Source of the DNA: Fistulifera solaris
Taxonomy: Eukaryota
Length of the DNA: 64,000 nucleotides
Assembly: GCA_030295235.1 (NCBI GenBank)
Contig: AP026145.1
Location: 124,001-188,000, forward strand
Direction: 5' to 3'
Shown: positions 33,208-44,027 of the stretch, in pieces
Layout: every line of letters begins with the position of its first letter
Numbering within the stretch: the stretch's first letter is position 1
The notes under the pieces: model-generated
The model's database searches: none
The model's input: the letters and a program-made list of their open reading frames with translations, nothing else
What the model was told of the DNA's origin: nothing
Translations under genes and position numbers: made by a program

Positions 33208-34312
33208 TGTTCGGTGGCTTATTTTTGGAGAGATGATTGGTCGTTTGGTTTGAAAATGGGAAAAGTTTGAATTTGTCCAAATGAAAAAGGTTCTCGGAGT
33301 GTCGCTTTTCTCTGATTCGTTACCCGTTGCCGGACTCCGCGAAAGGTCGCCAGTAGCAAAATCCCGAAATGCCTCGACTTTCGGACCCAGCAACTTTACT
33401 ATTTCGTTTTCAGTTAACTCGACATCCCGAGAATTCAATAACATGCGTGCTGCAACATTCCCTATAAGTTTACTATAGGCCTGAGAAATTCCGCAGGTAC
33501 AGTACTGGGTACTCTAGATAATGAAAATTGACTAGGTGACTACTTTGTACACTTTTCACTGGTACAACTTTCTCCTTTGACGGTCAGTTTTCTTTTTATG
33601 AGGTGTTCCTCGATGTCCCTTACTCCGGTGCTGTGTGTCAGGTTTCATCCTAATTTCTGATTTCTTTGTTCTCCTGCCTGAGTTCTTTGCTTTTGAGCGA
33701 CACACGGGACACGGGCCATTTACACATGCAACCTTTCGGCTTTCGGTTTGCAGAAGAATGCAAAATATTGCAGAATGCAGAAGCTGCTGACAGCTGCGAG
33801 CTGAGTCCTGGGTCCTGGGTCCTGTGTGCTGGCATCTTGCATATTTTTCCTCGTGGTCTTTGGGACATATAATAAGCCCTTTTTGTTTGTTCTAGTTTCG
33901 CCGCTCACCGCTCATCGCTCATGCTCTCGTCTTCCGTCTTCACTGTTGTTTAGTTGTTTACTGGTACGAATTACGTGTTGCGCATTACGTGTTGAAGGGT
34001 GACGAGTGACGAGTGACGAGTGACGACCGACTGACGACATTTCCGCGGAGTAAGCAGTAAGTAAGTAAAGAGTAAAAGTTCTTTTTTTCCGTTAAGGCCT
34101 TGAATGACCGCTTTAGACGAGAAAAATAAATAATGACTGTTCACGTGTTCACGTTCACCCAACGTTCACCGTCAAACGTCAACCGTCAACCCGTCAACCC
34201 GTCAACCATCGCATCGAACCACGTTCACAAACTCAATGGTCGCGGACCGCGATCAAGTCCGAGTCACGAGATCTATCTACTTGTAACAAATTATGCTATA
34301 ACCTTGCCTTTC

Positions 34313-34600
34313 TAGCGCCGACTTCGGTTGATTTTGAGACGGCCTTTGCATTATCGGCGTAAAAGGGCCATTTCAACATCCTTGTCAAACGGAATTGTAA
34401 ACACCGAGAGAAAAGTGTTTTACTGGTCTGAATTGCGAGCATAAACCAGTAGGTCAAATTCACAAGCTTCACCTCTAAATTTTCGTATTACAAATTTGAA
34501 GCTTTATTCAGCGGGATAATAACTTAGTGGCAGGTCGCGTTTACCGTTTGCCTAACATCCCTGTTTGAACGGCAAGTTCTTCGAATCAAAGTCGCCACTA
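34313..34600. mobile_element. Possible degenerate MITE (~285 bp) bounded by TA
   Basis: Left TAGCGCCGACTTCGGTT versus reverse complement of right end TAGTGGCGACTTTGATT. No coding capacity. Confidence 0.35.
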
Positions 34601-34954
34601 CCAGGTAGAGCATGTTTGCCATGTATTACCTAGTTTCCCTCTATAGTAACAAAATTCCCTCTACAGTAGCAAAATGATGCTTGGCGCAGAAATCGGAAAT
34701 GTTTGTTCGATGGATGGCATTACAAGTACGGTACCAGGTACCAGGTACTACGTACATAGATTTAGCGTGTCTCCGCCGAGACGACGACATACATACAGAC
34801 GACGATCAACGAGGACGAACGCAACGAGGCTCGAGGCTCAGAATGAGAAAAATATACGGAGTAATGAAATAATGAAACTCAACTAAAACAATAACAACGA
34901 TGATGGCGTAATTCATTTGTCATATGCATTATAAAGTTGATATGATACACGATC

Positions 34955-37482
34955 TTACATGAAGTACAAGCTTCTGCTTGTCAGTTCGAGAGATGGAGAC
35001 AACAGCGAAATCAACTCTCTCTGCGAAAGGTCTTCCACCGCTGCACATTCATTTTTGAAGTAAATGCTGTGAGCGACCCGAGGAGAATTCAATTCTTCAT
35101 TTCCATCAGAATTTTCTGTGCTGGTCGACGTTTCCGTGAGCGCTGTGGACACTCGCCTGACAACATGCTTCTTGGGGCTGTAATTAGTTGAATCCACTTC
35201 CGGGGAATACTGCTGCGTGTCGCTGCGAACGGTGTCTTCGGCTTTAAACGATTCCATTTTCACCAAATCCTTCTTCACGAGTTCCTCGAGAGCCTTCAAA
35301 CCAGTTTGGTTGGCAAACTCGTTCATTTCGGAAGCGTATAACCAGTGGGTGTTTTGTTGGCCTTTGCCCTTCATTTCAATCAATCCGCGATCTTGTAATA
35401 CAAACAGCTCGGGTGCACTCATTTCGAGTTCCTTTCGCGTTGCGTCGGAACAGTGTACCATACCCGCTTTGCCCGTGCTTTCGTGACGAGCAGTCGTATT
35501 GATAGTATCACCAAAGACACAATAGCGTGGGTTGGTCACCCCGACAACACCGCTGGCGCAAGCTCCGGAATGAATGCCGATACGCAGCTGGATCGGTTTT
35601 CCGTCCACGGGAGACTTGACGAGCCCGCAACAATGATTGACGGCAAGAGCGAAGTTGGCGACGTTGCGAGCGTGGTTTTCGTCACTATCGGGAAGCCCAC
35701 TGCAGCAGACATAGGCATCTCCGATCGTTTCCACCTTGAACAAATTGAACTTTAAAGCCAAGCAATCCATGATGCAGTAGAGCTGATTGAGCATGTTGAT
35801 GACCTCCCACGGAAAGATCTGGTCGCAAATGCTTGTAAAGCCCACGATGTCTGAAAAGAAGACGGTGACATCGTTGTGAAGACGCGGCTCGACACTGCGA
35901 CCCATTCGCAATCCTTCGGCGGCGTGCTCGGGCAGAAGGGACTCGAGTAGTTTCTTTTCCTTCTGGAGGGATTTGCTAAGCTTTTCCATTTTGAGGGCAT
36001 CGTTCATTTGGCTACTGAGATGCTCGCGAAGGAACACAGCATCGCGGTGAGATCCGTGCACAGGAAGATCACTCAATGTCAGCCCCATGTCGCGTAGCTC
36101 GTCTAAGTTGTTGGCATCTGGGCACAAGATAACGATCCAGTCTGCTGTCTTGCGGTCATCGAGACGAACAGCGCTACCTTTGAACACCAGCTTTTGAGCG
36201 GATTTCATGGTCGGTGTAACTGTCATGGCTTGATCCTCCAGCTTTCGGAGCCAGCTAGAGCTCCAGACGGCTGCTGCAGGTTTTTGAATGTCGAAGACCT
36301 GTGCAGCGGGCATGCCAAGAAGATCGCTCTCATACAAGTTCAAAAGCTTGGGTAGCGCTTTACCGACTTGAAGAATGCACAAATCAGGGCCCAAAGTAAT
36401 GTGGTAGGGAAACAATTTTTGGTTACCCTTGCCGACAATCCACCATTTGGGTCCGAAGTCGTTGATGAATAGCTTTTCGTAATGGACGTGTCTAAAGATT
36501 GATCGCTGAGCGATGCTCTTCGAAACACTTTTCGATGGCCGAAATCAGAGACGGTGCTGTCCACCTTGCTCATGCAATCTTTTTCGCTCAACACATCTAT
36601 GGATGTGTTCACATCGCTGTTCTCGATCGGGCAATGGGCGTCGTTGGAAAACGTCACGCCTGTCACGGGGCACGTGTTTGCCCTTTTAGAGGACTTTCCT
36701 CGTGGCTTTCGACGTAAAGGTCAGGCGGAGCACTGTACACGACACCAGTGAAGGGGCATTTGACTTCAGTGGGAGGGTGGTTTTCTCCGTAACAACTCTT
36801 CTTCTGTGTGAGCTTGTACATGTCGAGAGGGTCTTCGGTTGTGATTCTCCAACTGATTGTGCAAATACGGATTGTGGCGGTGTGAGACTATGTGGATGGT
36901 TGATGCTAGGCATCGTTGCAACCATTTCGTAACGTACCTGGTGACTTTTGCACCGTTTACTCCTTGAGACGTCAGTTTGTCAAATACGATGTCAAGATCA
37001 AATTCAGTCTTTGCCACGCACTTTACAATGCCTTTGGCAATGGGAGCCAGATAGTTGCCTCTTGAAGACAAATAGTACAAGATAATCGATTCGTCATGAT
37101 CGTCCATTTCTACCCAAAACTCAGGCATTGTCATCTTGTTGGGAAATGTCGTCTGCAGGTGCGAATGAATGGCATTGATATTCGTTAACCAGTCCTTGAG
37201 TGTCGAACCTTGACACCAGAGAAGGTTCTCGTAGCCTTCGCCAGCCACATATGGTGCCCAGAACTCACCAAGCGCCTCAAGAACTTCATCAAACGTAAGT
37301 CCGGATACTTCACTTGCAGCAGCGACGAGATCGATGGTGCTTTGATCCGAATAGCTTTCGAGTTTCAAGAATCCTCCATCTTCTACGTCGCACTTCGCCT
37401 TTGACTTGACAGTGTGCCATGCTTCCAACCCGAACTTGTTGATAACAAGTTTTTCAGCGCAATCATTGATCCAGCCAAGCAT
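34955..37482 (-). CDS. Soluble guanylate cyclase: H-NOX + PAS/coiled coil (HNOBA) + cyclase; intron 36853-36937, two frameshifts
   Basis: MLGWINDC..FG.EAW, IHSHL, PEF, YLSSR (YxSxR); FPYHITL, DLPVHGSHRD, LLESLLP; FSDIVGFT, KVETIGDAY, RIGIHSG, PRYCVFGDTINTTAR. Indels at ~36685 and ~36418. Confidence 0.92.
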
Positions 37483-39118
37483 CTTGCTCGTTTGAACCGA
37501 CTCTGTTATTTGTAAATGTTGTGATAAATCTTCTGAGAAATGAGGAGAGAATGAGGCCCACGATATCCAAAATGGGGCGTAAGCGTTGATAGCGTGCCCC
37601 GCAAGAAGTTCTCTAGAAGCTTTGAAAGTGTGAAGGCTCAAGATTTCCGAAAAGTCTTGACTTTTTTTCTAATAAGGTGGTCGCTCTTCAAAAGTGTAGG
37701 GAAGGCGGTAATGTGGGCGGATGCGGTGATGTTATGGTTAAGTTCTGAAGACCCAATGACCAAAGAGCTCAACTTTGGGCGTAAATGCCAGGGTGGGATG
37801 ATGGAGGCGGAGATGCTCCAAGTATGATGCTCTTTGTAGAGACGACAGCAAAGTTTATTGCATGAATAAAGTGTTAAGTAGTGATTAGTTTTTAGATTTT
37901 TATGCACGCGCCACAACAAACGCCGCTCCAGAGTCCAGAGTCCAGAGAGCCGACCAGCATTTTGCACGAATGAAGCATGAAACATGAAACATGATGTAAA
38001 AATTACAGATTACAGAATTACAGATGGCAGATGGATGACGTAGGAGTAGGAAACTAAAATTCTAAGGTTCTTGGTTCTTGCTTTTCTCTACAGTCTACAG
38101 TCTACAGTCTACAGTCTACAGCCTACTACAGTTTATCAATGACCAGTGATACATTCATCCACGAATTCAAGTACGTTGTTAATTCTTAACTCTTAACTCC
38201 GCCCAAAGAGCCAAGAGCCGCTCGCCGCACGCTGCTTTAGCCGCCGCAAGCCGCAAAGACCTAAAACCTCTTAAAAAGTCCCTACAATACTGTAATCTGT
38301 AATCCTACCTGGTAGAGGCCAAAGGCCAAGCGCCAAAAGCCAAAAGCCGTAGCGCTGACTCAGACATTCAAACGTGTTCTCTTTCATCTCTCATTCCCTT
38401 TCTACTTTTGATTATTCACTATTCACGCATTACGCATTAGGCCCAAGAGCGGCGTCTTTAATCTTATAAAAAAACACCAAGATTATGCATATTTTCTGTT
38501 CAGATTCTTGATTCGTTCCCTGGCTACTGGCTACTGGCTACCGGCTACATGCTACATAAGCGTAAAGTCATTTCACTATCGTAGTTGACCTGTCTTGGAT
38601 GTCTGGGGTAAGGAACAGAGAGAGAGGTCTTGAGTCCGTACAAGTAGTCCGCCATCTTCATGATTATCTATCATCTATCATCTTACGGAATTAGCGGATA
38701 ATGGCTTGGATAATGGATGTCTGTGCGCTCGATAGTTCTATTTGTCTTTGCGGATGTTGTTCTTGTGGTCGAGCAAGAGAAAGGCGAAGGTGCGAGGTGC
38801 GAGTGCGAGAGATGCAACGAAAAATGGCAAGGCGATATAACGATGAGATTGATGAGCGCACAATACGTTAGGGTTCAAGTTCACATGGGTTGCCAATTTT
38901 TTGCGCGCAAACGCTTCTTCAAAAAATTTCTTCAATTTTTGTGACTCACTCGTTGACTCCTTTGTCGATGGTCGTTGATGCAGTGATTATTTCTCCTTTT
39001 ACAGAAATGGTGAACACTTAATTGACTTTCTGTTTATTCGCAATTGAATCACTATCGAAACCTAGTAATTTTGTCGGAAATAAACGCGCACAAGCATTGT
39101 CTCTAAAAGCCGATTCAA

Positions 39119-40392
39119 ATGACTTCTTTTCGGTCGGGTGTCACAATCCTTATTCTCCTTTTGCCGATGCCGTTGCTCGGCAGCAATGTATTGGAATGGG
39201 AAGCCGTCACAGCCTATCCAGGACCGGCTAGGCATCATCCTATTACCTTTGCGAACGAAACACACGGCTTTTTGTTGACCGGATCGACTATCGATCAGAC
39301 GGCTACGTCCGACTTTTATATGTACGATGCAGCGAACGACGCGTGGACGGACATATCCAACCAAACGGGAAATGCCTTTCCGGGAACACCTCGTGGTTAC
39401 GCCTACGGTGTTGTGTTGAATATTCCGTTCCATTCGAAAGCTTATCTGGGTCTGGGAGCCGGCGAAGCGGGGCTTCTGAACGATTTCTGGGAATTTGACA
39501 TGGTGACTCACATTTGGAAGCAGTTAGCAGATATGCCCATTGAAGGTCGACGACATCCTGCCATGAATGCTGTACGCAAAACAAATCTAGGTAATCGAGT
39601 TGAGGATACCGTGGAACAATGGGAAATCCATGTCGGATTGGGAGACGACAGTGGAGGAAATTTAAACGATTGGTGGATTTACGATATTGCCACAGATTCA
39701 TGGGAAGCTGCGTCCGATCTCCCGCTGCAGCACGTCATCATCCGTTTCATTTTTCGCTCGGTGCTCAAAGTTACACAGGATTGGGGCATTCCAGTCAAGG
39801 CATCGAACGAGATTGGTTTCGCATGGAGAATCGTACATGGGTAGCCGAACCGAATTTTGAGAGTTTCAACGAAGAAGATGTATCAATCACAACGGAAGCT
39901 CGTGTAGCGGGAACACAATTTTCTTTGGAATTTGATGGCGAATCGTCAAGCGTACTCTCACAAGATGATTCTGGAACAGTACCACTATTTGGTTCGATGG
40001 GCTTTGTGCTCAGTGGCGATGGCGACGATCATCGGTCCATGACAGAAGGTGAATTTCATGCTTTTGATCCAAAAACCGGTCGATGGCATGTCCTTCCACC
40101 GCATCCTGGCAGGTCACGCTGGGCTCCAGGCTCCTTTGTGATGCGAGGATCGCCTGTAGTGTATTTCACCAGTGGATACGATCGAACGTCTCAAGAATTG
40201 TTCAATGATGTATGGCGGATAGATTTAACTCCGTTGTTTGTTGAGGGTCCCAATAATTCCACAGAAACAGCACCGGTTACCACGCCCTCAAATACTGGAG
40301 GAATGGAACCTACATCTAGTACTTCAATGCGGAATGTGAGATCATTTTGGTTGGTCTGTTCTTGTCTCATGACGTTTTATCACACAAGTTAG
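39119..40392 (+). CDS. Secreted kelch-type beta-propeller protein, possibly GPI-anchored; one frameshift ~39721
   Basis: Signal peptide. Repeated PGPARHHP / PGTPRGY / PIEGRRHP / PAAARHHP / PGRSRWAP blades with NDFWEFD..W. S/T-rich linker and a hydrophobic tail. Confidence 0.8.
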
Positions 40393-40499
40393 GGGTTCTA
40401 AATAATACGGAGAAGTTTAGCCAAGTACATATGGCGTCCACGCGACTATCTGAAAGAATTGACGTATGAATTCAGATTCACCCTAGCTAATTTGGCTTT

Positions 40500-40945
40500 G
40501 TAGTAAGACAGGAAGGCAGTGAATTGCCGACCTAATCCACATAAAGCAACATGGTGTGCTTCTCAAAAGCTTCCGAAGGTATCTAATTGCTTATATCATT
40601 AGGAGAATGACCTAAGATTCGGTAACAGTTTAGCCCGGAAATATGTAGCTTCGTGACTGGAAGGCAGTCGTGGCGAAAACGGACAACACATTGAGTCTAC
40701 TGTATACTCCGTACTAAACTAGGATGTCAGCAAATTACAAACCATTTCGACATAAAACAACATTGTTTGCATCTCAAAAGCTTCTGAAGGTAACTTAAAT
40801 AGTAATTTGGACAATTTTAGCTTATTTTCAATTGGAAAAGGAACGAAGATTCAATAGCAATCCGCATCAAAAAAGTTGTCTCGTGACAGAAAAAACTGAA
40901 CTGCAGTCGTGGAAAAGGTTGCTTACACAAAGACCTATAGTCGAG
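40500..40945 (+). repeat. Same repeat family, diverged array
   Basis: TCGTGACTGGAAGGCAGTCGTGGCGAAAACGGACAACAC at 40651 is nearly identical to the 54223 head. Second CAGTCGTG at 40904. TCTCAAAAGCTTC.GAAGGTA occurs at both ~40562 and ~40772. Confidence 0.8.
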
Positions 40946-42106
40946 TCGAACCATCATCACTGCGACATGATCAACAAATATCACGGAGTATAAGGTTCTG
41001 CATGTTATTATTGTCAAACCTTTTTCATTTCTATTTGATTTTCCGAAAAGTGTAACGTTCGTTTTGATGAAGGGGGTCTGGGGGTGAGGGGTGCTCGGTC
41101 ATCATTACTTTCTAGGCTATTTTTTGGCTCTTTACTCAGGTGTGAAGTGTTCTAAAAAAATCGGGCACGGCATAGTTGACTACTTACCCCTAATATAGTC
41201 GTTTCGGGTCATTTTCAGAATTCTTTCTTTCCTGTATCGAAAAAACCAGCTAAATTTATTTCTGAAAAGCTATGAAACGGCCTACGTCAGTTGTATTGTT
41301 GAGGAAAGTTTCGTTAATTTTTCAAACGGAAATTTAACTTACAAATCGTCTGGGCTATATTTTTGATTATCAATCTAGGTTATGGCCTTTCGTAGTTGTA
41401 TCTCCAGCTAAATTTGTTTTCCGGTCACTCAAAAAGCACTCAACTGTATGGCGCCATCAAAATGAGCTTTTGTCATGACGAAATCCAATCTTGATACAAC
41501 TGCATAGTAAAGGAACTAAAGTTGTCAAGTATTCATTCAAGTCGTTTCCAACATTTTCCAGCTTCTTTGTTTTACATTTTGTCGCGTTCCTGCAAACGTT
41601 GTGTCGACGCTATCTGTGGAAAACAATTTCAAACGTACATCGCCGATTAATTCATCAACTTCCCGACTAAAAGCCCCTTAGTCGACGACTCCTCGGTTTA
41701 CGCATTAACAGAAGGAGAGAGAGAGTCTCGATAAACAAGATAGATCAACTTGACCACTAGACCTAACTTCAATCTAACTCACGATAGACTACTAAAACTA
41801 AAATCACAGATTTCTGTTGAGGCAAAGATATTTTACACAGAATTTCCGTGTGTCTAAATAGATCAAAACCAATAAGACTCGATCACTTTTCCGCCTCTTA
41901 AGGCGCCAGGGAGACACGGGAACGCACCTCTGCTTGGTACATTTTTCTACGCAAGCCTACGTGAGTGTACACTTTTTCCCGAACCTTCCAGCCAACAATC
42001 TCTTGATAAAACCAAACGTTAGACTACGGAAGTATTTTTTTTTTATTTTTTATTAAAAAAAAATATACCTGGTGCGGTATCGTCATGTATTGGAAGAAAG
42101 AACGAC

Positions 42107-43333
42107 ATGACAAGCCGACCGCTATTTGAAGTAGACGACAAAGGCATAGAGTGTTTCGTGGAGGATGTGCAATTTCTTTGGTGTTCATCATCACGAGCTC
42201 GCAATGATGATGAGTGTCCTTCTATCGCTATACTCGAAGATCCCCCGTCGGCTCTAGAGTATTTGCGTGATTATGTTTCCGTCAGCCGGCCTTGTATCAT
42301 TCGCAATGCAGCATCGTTTCGTTGTACGATCCCCGATTTGGTGCGACTCGATCCGCAGATGGAACTCGTCGTTGATGTTTCACCCGATGGACATGCGGAT
42401 GTGCTTCGCCGTGTTCAGACTTCTACGGAAAAGAACGACGAAAAGGTTCCTGTAGAGGACGGCGACTCGAATAAAAGCGATTGTACTCGTACGATATTTG
42501 TGCAGCCAGAGCAACGATGCACGACGATCGAATCCTTTCACAAACAACTCGTTCATCAAAGCAATCAGCGAATCAAGCACAAACGTGTGTATTCAGGTCA
42601 AGAACCATGCTCTCGTGTATTTCAAATCATTGAGAAGGAAGAATATGGTATTGATTCGAGCAGCGAAGGAGCCTTGGAGGATGAAAGCGTCTTTTACTAT
42701 TCGCGGCAAAACGATTGTCTTCGACAAGAGTTGACAGAATTTTGGAAATCTTCGACGACGACTCATGACACCAATCAACTACCTCAAACGTTTGCATGGG
42801 CGGAAGAAGCCTTCGGCACAGGACCACCGCAAGCCGTAAACTTGTGGATGGGAAATGAATGTTCCGTTTCTTCTATGCACAAAGATCATTACGAGAATCT
42901 GTTCTATGTGGCTTCGGGCGAAAAGGTATTTACACTGTGTCCTCCTGCGGATGCTCCTTTCCTGTACGAGCAAGAGTGTGAAAGCGGTCAATTTCTTTGG
43001 GACGCAGATCGGCAAGAATGGATGGTACAACTCGAGGAGGATGCAAACGACAATTACAGTGTCGGTGATCCTCAACGAACGCGGTGGATCGCCGCTGATA
43101 TAACTATGAAGCACAATGACAAGTATTTAGAGGCATTTCCATTATTGAAGTACACACATCCCGTGGAAGTCAAGGTGAAGGAAGGTGAATTACTGTACTT
43201 GCCGGCCTTGTGGTTTCATCGAGTTACGCAATCGTGTGAAACGGTGGGCGTGAATTACTGGTACGACATGAAGTTTGAATCTCCCATTTGGACCTTTTTT
43301 CACTTATTGCAGCAACTCAAATCTCCAACGTAG
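42107..43333 (+). CDS. JMJD7: JmjC/cupin-8 2-oxoglutarate oxygenase, JMJD7-like
   Basis: SRPCIIRNA, VDVSPDGHAD, YSRQNDCL, AVNLWMG, SMHKDHYENL, LYLPALWFHRV, VNYWYDM. Confidence 0.88.
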   Translation: MTSRPLFEVDDKGIECFVEDVQFLWCSSSRARNDDECPSIAILEDPPSALEYLRDYVSVSRPCIIRNAASFRCTIPDLVRLDPQMELVVDVSPDGHADVLRRVQTSTEKNDEKVPVEDGDSNKSDCTRTIFVQPEQRCTTIESFHKQLVHQSNQRIKHKRVYSGQEPCSRVFQIIEKEEYGIDSSSEGALEDESVFYYSRQNDCLRQELTEFWKSSTTTHDTNQLPQTFAWAEEAFGTGPPQAVNLWMGNECSVSSMHKDHYENLFYVASGEKVFTLCPPADAPFLYEQECESGQFLWDADRQEWMVQLEEDANDNYSVGDPQRTRWIAADITMKHNDKYLEAFPLLKYTHPVEVKVKEGELLYLPALWFHRVTQSCETVGVNYWYDMKFESPIWTFFHLLQQLKSPT

Positions 43334-43511
43334 TTGATGGATGGGAAGTATCGACTACTGAGCCTGTGAAGAAGGTTTGGCCACCTTCTGTTGTAATATT
43401 ACTTTATGGCTTTATGGCTTGTCACGCGCGCTCCTGAGCATTATCGTCCATCGGAACAGAAAGACTTTTGCGAATTGTAAACAGAAAACGGAAATCGTGG
43501 ATGAGTTGAAC

Positions 43512-43594
43512 GGGGAAGCGACGTTAAAATTCTGCCTCGCCGTAGGCTCTACGTAGAAACTTGTACGGAGAGGCAGAATTTTAACGTCCTTCCG
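43512..43594. repeat. Inverted repeat with perfect 19-bp arms
   Basis: GACGTTAAAATTCTGCCTC (43520-43538) and GAGGCAGAATTTTAACGTC (43570-43588), extendable imperfectly on both sides. Confidence 0.85.
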
Positions 43595-44027
43595 TACTTA
43601 GAAAAGGCGTGTCGGCGTCTTCATTCGATAGATGCCCTCACGTTACAACCTTCAAGGCATGATTTATTGTAGCAGATCCTATTTCCTTTGTTTTCGTGAC
43701 CATTGTCCATTGTAGGTATGAAAAGCATAGGAATGGAATTAAGGTCGAAGAAGTACTCTTTCGGAATGATCTTTAGTACGGATTACGGAGTAATCTTTAA
43801 TTAAACTCGTTACTGAAATTCAATCACGAGAAAAATTCGTCGTTGGCAAGCGCAATAAAATAAGTCTGCACCGTGGCTGCGTGATGAGGTGTAATGCTCA
43901 TCATCATAGACGATTACTGTTTTACGCTCTACGCATTACCAACATCTTTTACGTGTAACTCTGCTATGACTGTTAACAAGAAGATTCGACAACGGCGAGC
44001 AAACGAAAAAGGATTCATCAGATCATC

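Noticed and set aside
33208..33444. N-terminal extensions given by the ORF track (also 37483-37641, 54940-55071, 59783-59893)
   Set aside because: Paralogue alignment, domain starts or signal peptides indicate downstream ATGs at 33207, 37482, 55072 and 59894.
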